Source: Planctomycetota bacterium
GTDB taxonomy: Bacteria; Planctomycetota; UBA1135; GCA-002748355
Assembly (NCBI GenBank): GCA_002685965.1
Contig: NYZE01000058.1
Coordinates: 3,458-67,457 of the forward strand
Reading direction: 5' to 3'
Length of the DNA: 64,000 bases
Shown here in pieces: positions 35,397-44,379 of the stretch. Both the position numbers and the translations under genes were made by a program. Each line of letters begins with the position of its first letter. Position 1 is the stretch's first letter. The notes beneath the pieces were generated by a model, which saw only the letters and a program-made list of their open reading frames with translations, was not told the DNA's origin and made no database searches.

Positions 35397-35435
35397 ACTA
35401 GCTTCGTGGGCGTAACGTCATTCCGGCCAAACGGT

Positions 35436-35921
35436 TCAGGATTGTCGCAGTAACTTCGTCACTTTGGGGCCCCAGATCCCCGGATCGCCCCGAAACCGCA
35501 CGGTCCGGCCGCCCTCGGGCAGATGAGCGAGTTCGACCTGGAGAAAGGCCTCGGGGAGGGTCATGCGCAGACGGTCAGCCCATTCGACCGCCAGAACGCC
35601 CCCCTCGACGAGGTAGGCCTCGCCACCATCGGCCAGGAGGTCCTGGCTGCGCTCGGCGAAGTAGGCGTCCATGTGCAGGAGCGGAGTCGGGCCCGGATGC
35701 TCGATCATCAGCAGGTAGGTGGGGCTGCGAATGTCCTCGGGATCGTCGATGCCGAGGCCACGTCCAAGGCCGCGCACGAAGACGGTCTTGCCGGCCCCGA
35801 GTTCACCCTTGAGGGCCACCCCATCGCCCGGCCCCAGCAGGCGCCCGACCTCGGCGCCGAGGCGCTCGGTGTCGGCGGCGCTGGCCGTCGTGGTTCGCCA
35901 GAGGACTTCAGGCGAGGTCAT
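35436..35921 (-). CDS. tsaE: tRNA threonylcarbamoyladenosine biosynthesis ATPase TsaE (YjeE)
   Basis: ATG 35921 gives MTSPEVLW.... Walker A LKGELGAGKTVFVRGL; SPTYLLMIEH...LLHMDAYF. The listed 239-aa ORF carries an implausible Arg/Cys-rich N-terminal extension that overlaps thiL. Confidence 0.9.
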   Translation of the reverse strand: MTSPEVLWRTTTASAADTERLGAEVGRLLGPGDGVALKGELGAGKTVFVRGLGRGLGIDDPEDIRSPTYLLMIEHPGPTPLLHMDAYFAERSQDLLADGGEAYLVEGGVLAVEWADRLRMTLPEAFLQVELAHLPEGGRTVRFRGDPGIWGPKVTKLLRQS

Positions 35922-36810
35922 GCTGCCACCCTGCGGGCTCGACACGCTGACGTTCAGCGCCGGGTCGGCACAGCCAGACTCCGGCTTCCTTCGTGACGCG
36001 GCCGATCGGTCGGCGCGCGATCGCTGGTAGCCCCCGGTCAGCGCGCAGCGCTGTGAGCCGCCGCGGCGGCACGGCGAACAGCAGTTCGTAGTCCTCGCCA
36101 TCGCCGAGCGCGGCCTCGAGGGACACGCCGCGCCGTCGGGGCACAGCGTCGGCATCCAGTTCGGCGCCGACCCCGCCGCTGGCAGTCAGCATCCGCGCGA
36201 GGTCCAGGGCCAACCCGTCGGATACGTCGATCATGGCGCGCACGCGGTGAGCGTTCGCCAGTCGCTCCCCGAACGCGACACGCGGCACGAAGTCCAGGTG
36301 GTGCCCACTGCGCAAGCTGCCACCGAGGGGACCGGTAACGCACAGTAGATCACCGCGCCGCAGGGCAGCACGGCCAACCACGCGTCGCGCCAAACCGAGG
36401 GCGCAGCACGAGAACACCGATGCACCCGGTGTCGAAGCCAGGTCGCCGCCCACCCAACGCGCGTCGAAGCGCTCGACCGCCGCCAGTGTCGCACGGTAGA
36501 GCGCGCGCCGCTGGCGTCGTAGCCACCCACTCCCGAAGCAGAAGGAAACGAGCACGGTCTTGGGGCGCGCGCCCATCGCAGCCAGGTCGGAAAAGCTCCG
36601 GTTGACGAGCTTGCGGCCAATGCGCGCGGGTGACGTGCCAGCGAGAAAGTGCTGCCCCTCGACCACCGGATCAATCGTGGCCAGGACCCGACCGCCAAGC
36701 TCCACGAGGGCGGCATCGTCGCCGGGCCCGCGCAGCCCATCGCCTCCGAGCAAGTCCCGCAGGTAGGCGTGATCTTCGTCCTCCGGGCGCCTGTGCTGCG
36801 GTCGCGACAT
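35908..36810 (-). CDS. thiL: Thiamine-monophosphate kinase ThiL
   Basis: AIR-synthase-like fold motifs GDDAALVELGGRVLATIDPVVEGQHF, SDLAAMGARP and DVSDGLALDLARM. Overlaps the tsaE start by 14 nt. Confidence 0.9.
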   Translation of the reverse strand: MSRPQHRRPEDEDHAYLRDLLGGDGLRGPGDDAALVELGGRVLATIDPVVEGQHFLAGTSPARIGRKLVNRSFSDLAAMGARPKTVLVSFCFGSGWLRRQRRALYRATLAAVERFDARWVGGDLASTPGASVFSCCALGLARRVVGRAALRRGDLLCVTGPLGGSLRSGHHLDFVPRVAFGERLANAHRVRAMIDVSDGLALDLARMLTASGGVGAELDADAVPRRRGVSLEAALGDGEDYELLFAVPPRRLTALRADRGLPAIARRPIGRVTKEAGVWLCRPGAERQRVEPAGWQHDLA

Positions 36811-36883
36811 GTGATAGGAGATTAGGCCACCCCAGGTCTCGTCCGCTGCTATCAGTCACCGAATCCTTGCAAGCCCGCCGCAG

Positions 36884-37858
36884 ATGTTTGAAGGTCTCGA
36901 TGACTTGGCCACACGCGTCGAGAAAGCCCACGCCCGCGAGTTCCGCAGGGATCTACTGGCGGGGCTGCACGAGCCGCAAAAGTGCATTCCCCCCAGGTAC
37001 TTCTATGACAAGGCCGGCTCGCTGCTCTTCGAGCGCATCTGCGAGACGGAGGAGTACTACCCGACCAGAACCGAGCTCTCGATCATGCAGGAGAGTGCTG
37101 CCGACATGGCGGCAGCCTGCGGCCCGGGCATCGTCCTGATCGAGTTCGGCAGTGGCAGTAGCCAAAAGACCCGTCTGTTGCTGGACAGCCTCGATGCCGC
37201 GGCCTACGTCCCGATCGACATCGCTGGCGAGCAACTGACGACCTCGGCAGCGAAGATCGCCCACGACTATCCGCGGCTGCGCGTGCTGCCGCTCTGCGCC
37301 GACTTCACGAAGGCGGTGCAACTGCCCGACGGTGTCCCTCCGGCGCGGCGAGTGGCCTACTTCCCCGGGTCCACCATCGGCAACTTCACCCCGGACCTGG
37401 CTGCCGCCTTCCTGGAAGGCACTGCGCACCTGTGCGGCGACGGCGCCGGCCTGCTGATCGGCATCGACATGGTCAAGGACCCTGCCGTGCTCGCCCGCGC
37501 CTACAACGACGGCGCCGGGATCACCGCGGCGTTCAATCGCAACATCCTGAACCATGCCAACGAGGTCGTCGGTACCGACTTCGACCTCGAGAGCTACACC
37601 CACCTCGCACGCTACGAGGAAGAACAGCATCGCATCGAGATGCACCTGGTCGCAAACAGTGCGCAGCGTGTCCACATCGGCAACGTCGAGATCGTGATCG
37701 CGGAAGGCGAGGCGATCCTGACCGAGTTCTCACACAAGTACGAGCTGGATCAGTTCGCGCGCCTCGCGGCGCGTGGCAGCTTCCAGGTCGACAAGGTCTG
37801 GACCGATCCGCAGACCTGGTTCAGCGTCCAGTACCTGACGGCACAGATCGACGACTAG
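36884..37858 (+). CDS. egtD: L-histidine N-alpha-methyltransferase family protein (EgtD-like, Methyltransf_33)
   Basis: [34 protein letters not shown] matches the EgtD N-terminal signature. SAM-binding [16 protein letters not shown]; FPGSTIGNF. Confidence 0.85.
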   Translation: MFEGLDDLATRVEKAHAREFRRDLLAGLHEPQKCIPPRYFYDKAGSLLFERICETEEYYPTRTELSIMQESAADMAAACGPGIVLIEFGSGSSQKTRLLLDSLDAAAYVPIDIAGEQLTTSAAKIAHDYPRLRVLPLCADFTKAVQLPDGVPPARRVAYFPGSTIGNFTPDLAAAFLEGTAHLCGDGAGLLIGIDMVKDPAVLARAYNDGAGITAAFNRNILNHANEVVGTDFDLESYTHLARYEEEQHRIEMHLVANSAQRVHIGNVEIVIAEGEAILTEFSHKYELDQFARLAARGSFQVDKVWTDPQTWFSVQYLTAQIDD

Positions 37859-39146
37859 CGGCGCCTTCGCCGCAGAACTGCTCGGCTTCCGTCGATCCCT
37901 CGAGTGCGACGGTCGACGACTCACCACCGGACACCGCCTTCGACACTGCGTCGAAGTAGCCCGTGCCGACTTCGCGCTGGTGCCGCGTCGCCGTGTAACC
38001 ATCCTGCTCGCTCATGAACTCGCGCGTTTGCAGGTCAGCGTAGGCGGCCATACCGGACTCCCGGTAGCCGCTCGCCAGCTCGAACATCGAGTGGTTGAGC
38101 GAGTGGAAGCCAGCAAGCGTGACGAACTGGAACTTGTAGCCCATCGCGCCGAGCTCGCGCTGGAACTTGACGATCGTCTCGTCGTCGAGCTTCCTCTTCC
38201 AGTTGAACGAGGGCGAGCAGTTGTAGGCCAGCATCTTGCCCGGGAAGTCGGCGCGCACCGCCTCGGCGAAGCGCTTCGCCTCGACGAGACTCGGCTCGGA
38301 TGTTTCGCACCAGAGGAGGTCGGCATACGGAGCGTAGGCGAGGCCGCGCGCGATGGCTTGGTCGAGCCCGGACCGCACGTGGAAGAAACCCTCCGGCGTG
38401 CGTTCCCCGGTCAGGAAGGGCTGGTCGCGCTCGTCGATATCGCTCGTGACGAGCTTGGCCGCCTGTGCATCGGTGCGGGCCACGAGCACGGTGGGGACAC
38501 CCATGACGTCGGCAGCCAAACGGGCCGCGTTGAGGGTGCGCACGAAGGTCTGCGTCGGCACGAGGACCTTGCCACCCAAGTGCCCACACTTCTTTTCGGA
38601 AGCGAGCTGGTCCTCGAAGTGCACGCCAGCGGCGCCAGCCTCGACCATGCCCTTCATGAGCTCGAAGGCATTCAGCGGCCCACCGAAGCCGGCTTCGGCG
38701 TCGGCGATGATCGGCGCGAACCAGTGCCTGCCAGTCTTGCCCTCGAGGCGGTCGATCTGGTCGCAACGCATGAGCGTCCGGTTGATGCGGCGCACCACCG
38801 CCGGAACGCTGTCTGCGGGGTACAAGCTCTGGTCCGGGTACATCTGGCCTGCGACGTTCGCATCCGCCGCGACCTGCCAACCGCTCAGGTAGATGGCTTC
38901 GAGTCCCGCCTTGACCATCTGCATGGCCTGGTTTCCGGTCAGCGCGCCGAGCGCGTGCACATAGTCGCGTTCCTGCAGGAGCGTCCACAAGCGAGCAGCG
39001 CCGACTTCGGCCAACGTGTGGCGCACTTGCACGGTGCCGCGCAGTTTATCGACGTCGCCTGGTGAGTAGTCGCGTTGGATCCCGCTCCAGCGCTCAGGAG
39101 CGCTGCTGGCGGAGTCTGGCAGGAAGGCGTTCGACATGAGTGTCAC
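37821..39146 (-). CDS. aceA: Isocitrate lyase
   Basis: Signature [23 protein letters not shown]-type segment and GSTEAEQF near the C-terminus. The listed start is GTG 39146; ATG 39137 (MSNAFLPD) is an equally good start. A 17-aa extension follows the canonical ...EAEQF end. Confidence 0.95.
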   Translation of the reverse strand: MTLMSNAFLPDSASSAPERWSGIQRDYSPGDVDKLRGTVQVRHTLAEVGAARLWTLLQERDYVHALGALTGNQAMQMVKAGLEAIYLSGWQVAADANVAGQMYPDQSLYPADSVPAVVRRINRTLMRCDQIDRLEGKTGRHWFAPIIADAEAGFGGPLNAFELMKGMVEAGAAGVHFEDQLASEKKCGHLGGKVLVPTQTFVRTLNAARLAADVMGVPTVLVARTDAQAAKLVTSDIDERDQPFLTGERTPEGFFHVRSGLDQAIARGLAYAPYADLLWCETSEPSLVEAKRFAEAVRADFPGKMLAYNCSPSFNWKRKLDDETIVKFQRELGAMGYKFQFVTLAGFHSLNHSMFELASGYRESGMAAYADLQTREFMSEQDGYTATRHQREVGTGYFDAVSKAVSGGESSTVALEGSTEAEQFCGEGAASRRSVPSGTGR

Positions 39147-40774
39147 CGTTGCGGCGTGTCAAGGATGTAGGGGTAGGCCTCGAGCGTCAGGAAGTCAGGT
39201 AACTCCTTGGCCAGAACCGAGGCAGTGAATATCTGCGCAGCACCCGCGAACCTGCCGGCATCGAAGTCGTCGCTGCCCACGGATGCGCGCAGCGTTTCGA
39301 GCAGGTCGGAGACGAGTTCTTCGACCAACTCGGCCGTCACCAGGATGCCCTCGTCCAGGAGCACGCCATGGCGCAGCCAGTGCCAGATCTGCGTGCGCGA
39401 GATCTCGGCCGTCGCGGCGTCCTCCATGAGCCCATCGATCGGCACACAGCCGGTGCCACCCAGCCATGAGGCCAGGTAGAGGATGCCGACACGCAGGTTC
39501 TGCTTGAACCCGACGAGGGTCTTCAGGCCGTCCGGAACGGCCAACAGGTCGTGCGCGTCGACTCGCACGTCGTCGCGGCGGCGCTCGATTTGATTCGGCG
39601 AGGGCATGACCGCGTCGAACTCCTCGCGCGCAACGGGGATGAGACCCGGGTGTGCGACCCATGTGCCGTCGTAACCCGCGCTCGCCTCGCGTCGCTTGTC
39701 AGCGCGAACGCGCTGCAAGGCAGCCTCGTTCTTGGCCGCGTCGCGCTTGTCCGGAATCTGCGCCGCCATGCCGCCGATCGCGTGCACCCCACGGCGATGG
39801 CAGGTCTTGACCAGGAGATCCGAATAGGAGTGCAGGAAGTGCTGCTCCATCGTCACGAGCGACCGGTCCGGCAACACGCAGCCGGGGTTCGCCTGCAGCT
39901 TCTTGATGAAGCTGAAGATGTAGTCCCACCGCCCGCAGTTGAGCCCTGCGGAGTGCTCGCGCAGCTGATACAGGATCTCGTCCATCTCGAACGCCGCGAC
40001 GATGGTCTCGATCAACACAGTGGCCTTGATCGTGCCGCGCGGGATACCGAGCAGGCCTTGTGCCTCGACGAAGACGCTGTTCCAGAGCCGTGCCTCGAGG
40101 AGGCTCTCGAGCTTGGGCAGGTAGAAATACGGGCCGCTACCGCGGGCCATCAGGGCCTGCGCGTTGTGAAACAGAAAGAGACCGAAATCGAACAAGGATG
40201 CCGACATCGGCACGCCGTCGACGCTCAGGTGGCGCTCGTCCATGTGCCAGCCACGCGGCCGCACCATCAGCGTCGCCACCTTGTCACCGAGCCGATAGGT
40301 CTTACCGGCCGGGCTCTGCCAGGTCAGCGTGCCTCGCACGGCGTCAGCCAGGTGCACTTGTCCCTCGACGAGGTTCCGCCACGACGGCGTCGTTGCATCC
40401 TCGAAGTCCGCCATGAACACGTTGGCACCGGAGTTCAGGGCGTTGATGACCATCTTGGCATCGACCGGCCCGGTGATCTCCACCCGCCTTTCCTGCAAGT
40501 CGTCGGGCACCGGGTCTACCGACCAGGCGCCGTCGCGGATCGGTTTGGTCTCGGGGAGGAAATCGAGCTGGAAGCCGTGTTGCAGACGGTCATCGGTTTC
40601 CTGCCGGAGCATGAGCAGGAAGTTCCGTTGGTGGCGGAAGCGCCGCTCGAGCGTGGCGATGAACGCCAACGCCTCAGCAGTCAGAATCTCGTCGTAGCGG
40701 GAATCGAGCGATCCGAGGACCTCAACGCCGTCTACGTCGATCGCGGTATGCAAACGCACTCTTGGCATGGGCAC
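39143..40774 (-). CDS. aceB: Malate synthase A
   Basis: [25 protein letters not shown] and [14 protein letters not shown]. About 540 aa, typical of the A form. Its stop overlaps or abuts the aceA start. Start is GTG 40774 or ATG 40768. Confidence 0.95.
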   Translation of the reverse strand: MPMPRVRLHTAIDVDGVEVLGSLDSRYDEILTAEALAFIATLERRFRHQRNFLLMLRQETDDRLQHGFQLDFLPETKPIRDGAWSVDPVPDDLQERRVEITGPVDAKMVINALNSGANVFMADFEDATTPSWRNLVEGQVHLADAVRGTLTWQSPAGKTYRLGDKVATLMVRPRGWHMDERHLSVDGVPMSASLFDFGLFLFHNAQALMARGSGPYFYLPKLESLLEARLWNSVFVEAQGLLGIPRGTIKATVLIETIVAAFEMDEILYQLREHSAGLNCGRWDYIFSFIKKLQANPGCVLPDRSLVTMEQHFLHSYSDLLVKTCHRRGVHAIGGMAAQIPDKRDAAKNEAALQRVRADKRREASAGYDGTWVAHPGLIPVAREEFDAVMPSPNQIERRRDDVRVDAHDLLAVPDGLKTLVGFKQNLRVGILYLASWLGGTGCVPIDGLMEDAATAEISRTQIWHWLRHGVLLDEGILVTAELVEELVSDLLETLRASVGSDDFDAGRFAGAAQIFTASVLAKELPDFLTLEAYPYILDTPQR

Positions 40775-40866
40775 AGCTATGTGGCTCAGGTGTCCAACGC
40801 CGGAAGACTATCCCAGGCCTGGCCCCAGTGTCGGCACGGAGCGATCCGAAGCTGCGCCGGACGGGC

Positions 40867-43563
40867 TTACGCCTCGTCCCTCGACACCTCGATCGCCCGC
40901 ACCATCCCGGGCGCTTCATCGGCAGCCCGCAAACGGTCCAACAGGCGGGTCTTCAGGACCAAGCCGGCAACCGCGCCCAACACACGCAAGTGTGTCTGCC
41001 GCTCGCTCGGTGGACCGATCGTGACGAAGAATACGTCCACTGGTCGACCGTCGATCGCGTCGTATTCCATCGGCTCGAACAGCGAGAATACGCCGAGGTG
41101 CAGCCGATCCGCCTCCTGCAGTGTTGCGTGCGGCATGGCCACGCCATCGCCGACCGAGGTGTTCTGCGTGCGCTCCCGCTCCCACAAGGCGCTCACAACC
41201 GCACGCGGGGCAACACCCAGCGCCTCGGCAAACGTCGTCGCGAAGCGGTCGAACAGCGCGTCCTTCTTGGCGATCCGCAGCCGAGTCGCGAGGAAGCGTT
41301 CCTCGACGTAGTCGAGCAAGTCGAATCCCTCCTGGAGTTCGACACGCTGGCGAACGACGCTGTCGTCGCGGTGCCGCTGCCGCGGCGTACGCACCTCGAG
41401 CACCGAGCAGGCTGCATCCTCGTTGATCCTGTCGGTCACGGTGCGTCGAAGCGATGACAGCAACCGCTTCTCCGACGCGGCCCCGATCACGAGCAAGTCG
41501 TACGAGGCGCTCTCTTCGAGCACGGTCTCCGCCTCCGCGGTCCCCCGCAAGAGCCGGCACGAAGTCTTGACCGTCATGAGCCCACGCAGCTGATCGAGAT
41601 AGTCGGTCTGCGCCTGCGCGTACGGCAACTCGGTCCACTCGGGCACGAACCGCGCCAAGGTCAGGTGCGCGCCGTGCGTGGCGGCAAGGTGATCGGCAGT
41701 CGTCGCGACCAGGGCATCGTGAGGCCCCGGCGCGACCAGAGCGACAACCTCGCGGATGTAGCGCACTCCGGCGTCGTGAAAGACCGCGATGTTGCAACCG
41801 AGGCGCTGGGTGAGCCAGCCGAGCGGCAGCGTCGCCATCAACGAGCCGCGACTACGAGCCCGCCACCCCATCACGAGCCACGAGCACCCGGAGGCCTGGG
41901 TGCGTTCGTGCACGGTCCTGACCACGTCACGCGACGCCATGGCCTCGAACTCCAGCCGGTACTGCTTGTCCTCAGACATGGCCTGCACGCGCCGGCGCAA
42001 CGACCGCGTCGGCGCGTCGTCCTCGCGCACGGCTTCTGGCAGGGTCTGATCCGGCACCTCGGTCACGTGCAGCGTTCGCACTGGCTCACCATCGGCGAGG
42101 CTGGCGCCGACCTCGACCAGGGTCTCCGGAGAGCGCTCGTGGCCGAGCAGGACGACGAGTGACTCGACCCGACCGACCGCCGCCTGCTTGGCGGTCGCAC
42201 GCTCGCTCGGCACGGCGAAGTTCTGGCGCTTACCCAGCTTCCTCAGCACGCCGAGCCGCTCGGTGCGTCGACGACTGTAGAGGAAGAAGACCAACGCACC
42301 CGGGACTGCGATCCCCACCCCGGCGACCACCGCATAAAGGCCCATGATCCACAGCAAGGCCAATGTGCTGAGAATGCCTGCCAGCGGCACCAGCGGATAG
42401 AGCGGCAAGCGATAGCTGGGCTTGTACCACTGCACTCCCGTTTCGCGCAGGACGATGACTGCCAGGTTCTCGACCATGAAGATCATCAGAATGAACGCGC
42501 TGGCCAACTTGGCGATGCTGACCACGTCCAGACTCACCATCACGATCCCCATGACGAACCCGGTCAGCAGGATGCATCGCACCGGTGTCAAGAAGTTCGT
42601 GTGCAGGTGGCACAGCGCCTGCGGCAGCAGTCCGGCACGACTCATCGCGAACGGGAATCTCGACGCTGACAGCAAGCCCGCATTCGCCATCGCCGACATC
42701 GTCACGACGCCGAGCATTGCCGCTGCGACGGCGAGCGCCGGTCCGCCGACGACTCCCGCCAAGGTGTGCACAGGCCGGAGGTCTCCTGCCAACTCCTGCC
42801 ACGGCACGTTCCCCACCAGCACGAAGACAACAAACCCGTACATGCTCATCGCGATGAGCAGCGACAGCAGCATGCCCAGCGGCAGGTTGCGTGTCGGGTT
42901 GCGCACCTCCTCGGCGACTGCGGCGACGTTCGTGACGCCGGCATACGAGACGAACACGAACGCCGTCGCCATCGCGAGCCCCGCGAAGCCATGCGGCAAC
43001 AACGGCGTCAGGTTCTCGCTTTGAACAGTCCTTGCGCCGCTACTAGCCAGGACGATCAACCCCACCAGCGCAGTGAACACAACCAGGGTCTGCACCTTGC
43101 CGACCTTGCGCACGCCGAGCACGTTGAGACCGACGATGCCCCCGAGCATCAGGAGGCCGACGAGCTTGGCCGGCACATCGACGACCGCTTCGAGGTAGGC
43201 CTCTAACCCATCCAGGGCGAAGGCACTCTTGAGCAGCAGGCTCAGCCACAGCCCGAGGCCGACGATCGTCCCCGCCAGCGGACCAAAGGTCCGGTCGACG
43301 TAGACGTAGGTCCCCCCGGACGCGGGCATCGCTGTGGCCAGCTCAGCCTTCGACAGGCCGGCCGGCAGGACACACAACCCGGCCAGCAGGTATGCGATCC
43401 AGACCGACGGCCCGGCCATGCCGGCCGCAAGGCCTGGCAGCACGAAAACCCCACTGCCCAGCATCGCACTGACGCTGATCGCGATCACGGCCCGGAGGTC
43501 GAGACGCGCCTCGAGGCCTTTGACCTCGTTAGCCGCTACTGGCAAAGCTTCTTGGGATGTCAT
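40867..43563 (-). CDS. Fusion protein: APC-family amino-acid/polyamine permease (12 TM) + two Usp-like domains + PTS EIIA-type-2 (PtsN-like) domain, about 898 aa
   Basis: ATG 43563 gives MTSQEALPV...; the listed start is TTG 43602. The N-terminal half is a typical AA_permease_2 (AISVSAMLGSGVFVLPG...). The middle holds two alpha/beta Usp-like blocks (LVVLLGHERSP...; VVALVAPGPHD...LLVIGAAS). The C-terminus GDGVAMPHATL...VDVFFVTIGPP is the EIIA-2 active-site region. Confidence 0.9.
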   Translation of the reverse strand: MTSQEALPVAANEVKGLEARLDLRAVIAISVSAMLGSGVFVLPGLAAGMAGPSVWIAYLLAGLCVLPAGLSKAELATAMPASGGTYVYVDRTFGPLAGTIVGLGLWLSLLLKSAFALDGLEAYLEAVVDVPAKLVGLLMLGGIVGLNVLGVRKVGKVQTLVVFTALVGLIVLASSGARTVQSENLTPLLPHGFAGLAMATAFVFVSYAGVTNVAAVAEEVRNPTRNLPLGMLLSLLIAMSMYGFVVFVLVGNVPWQELAGDLRPVHTLAGVVGGPALAVAAAMLGVVTMSAMANAGLLSASRFPFAMSRAGLLPQALCHLHTNFLTPVRCILLTGFVMGIVMVSLDVVSIAKLASAFILMIFMVENLAVIVLRETGVQWYKPSYRLPLYPLVPLAGILSTLALLWIMGLYAVVAGVGIAVPGALVFFLYSRRRTERLGVLRKLGKRQNFAVPSERATAKQAAVGRVESLVVLLGHERSPETLVEVGASLADGEPVRTLHVTEVPDQTLPEAVREDDAPTRSLRRRVQAMSEDKQYRLEFEAMASRDVVRTVHERTQASGCSWLVMGWRARSRGSLMATLPLGWLTQRLGCNIAVFHDAGVRYIREVVALVAPGPHDALVATTADHLAATHGAHLTLARFVPEWTELPYAQAQTDYLDQLRGLMTVKTSCRLLRGTAEAETVLEESASYDLLVIGAASEKRLLSSLRRTVTDRINEDAACSVLEVRTPRQRHRDDSVVRQRVELQEGFDLLDYVEERFLATRLRIAKKDALFDRFATTFAEALGVAPRAVVSALWERERTQNTSVGDGVAMPHATLQEADRLHLGVFSLFEPMEYDAIDGRPVDVFFVTIGPPSERQTHLRVLGAVAGLVLKTRLLDRLRAADEAPGMVRAIEVSRDEA

Positions 43564-43672
43564 GCCGGCGGGGAGTTCCGCTAGTCCATGGCGCCAACGC
43601 AAGTGTTTCCATGATCAAGACCCCAAGCCCCCCGGCAAGACTCGCGAGCAAGCGCACGCGGGCTGCGAGGAC

Positions 43673-43921
43673 TCAACCCTGCTCAGACCACCGTGAGCGC
43701 GTGCTGCGCCAGCAATGGTGAACGAGGAGGAAGAGGAAGATCGCCGCCAGGCTGTACTGCCCCTCGGCATTAAGCCCGGCCAGCAGGCCGGCGACGTTGG
43801 CGACAATCCCGGTGGAACCCGGGAAGAGGATGTCGACCAGGGCGAGGACGAGCACCACAGAGGCGCCAAGGCCCCCCAGATCATCGAGCCAGCGCTGCAC
43901 CGTCCGGACGAGTTGGCTCAT
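43673..43921 (-). CDS. Small two-TM membrane protein (82 aa), paralog of 44028-44258
   Basis: GGAG lies 8 nt before the ATG. It shares VQ.W....GLG.S.V..L..V..LFPG..G.I..N...L with the neighbouring small ORF. Same strand as the permease fusion and directly upstream of it. Confidence 0.5.
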   Translation of the reverse strand: MSQLVRTVQRWLDDLGGLGASVVLVLALVDILFPGSTGIVANVAGLLAGLNAEGQYSLAAIFLFLLVHHCWRSTRSRWSEQG

Positions 43922-44027
43922 TCCAGCTCCAGCGGCTCAGGCACGCCGCCAGTGAACCTGGCGGCGTGCGATTTCAGTCCCGATACATGCGCGGAAGTGA
44001 CCTAGGTGATCACCTCCGCACCCGCCC

Positions 44028-44258
44028 TCAGGTTCCAGACCGGCCTGGGCTCATGATGGCCACCAGGACCAACAGAGTGATGAGCCCGCTCAGACCGCTG
44101 AACATCGCCACCAGGTCCTTGATGTTCCCGATGATGTCTATCCCGGCCCCCGGGAACAATACCTGCACAACCACCAGAGCCCCGACCAAGCTGACCCCTA
44201 ATCCCGTGGCCGCACGCGCCCAACCCTGTACAGAACCCATTGCTTCGTTAGCGTTCAT
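44028..44258 (-). CDS. Small two-TM membrane protein (76 aa), paralog of 43673-43921
   Basis: Strong SD AGGAGG 7 nt before the ATG. Two hydrophobic helices (GLGVSLVGALVVVQVLF; GLSGLITLLVLVAIM). Confidence 0.55.
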   Translation of the reverse strand: MNANEAMGSVQGWARAATGLGVSLVGALVVVQVLFPGAGIDIIGNIKDLVAMFSGLSGLITLLVLVAIMSPGRSGT

Positions 44259-44303
44259 CGTATCCCTCCTGATGAAAAGACCACCGCCCGCGGCCTACAG
44301 GCT

Positions 44304-44379
44304 CCCGGGCCCTAGCGGAACATTTTACCTGTGGGTATCCGGGCCCTTCCATGCGCTTACCCTAAATCCGGGCCCCTCC
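44304..44379. promoter_or_regulatory. Three CCGGGCCC-containing sites, including a 14-nt direct repeat ATCCGGGCCCYTCC, in a divergent intergenic region
   Basis: CCCGGGCCC at 44304-44312; ATCCGGGCCCTTCC at 44337-44350; ATCCGGGCCCCTCC at 44366-44379 (29-nt spacing). They lie between the small-membrane-protein/permease operon and the EF-hand lipoprotein gene. A regulatory role is inference. Confidence 0.35.

Noticed and set aside
35350-35435. ECF-type promoter upstream of the sigma gene (GGAAT...AGTC on the minus strand)
   Set aside because: The spacer between the only GGAAT and a GTC-like -10 is about 20 nt rather than 16-17, and the match is weak. It is not reported as a promoter feature; only the tandem 10-mer is reported.
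39551-41311. 586-aa plus-strand ORF
   Set aside because: It is antisense to malate synthase and to the 3' end of the permease fusion, and it crosses their intergenic gap. Its composition is Arg/Val/His-rich with no recognisable domain.
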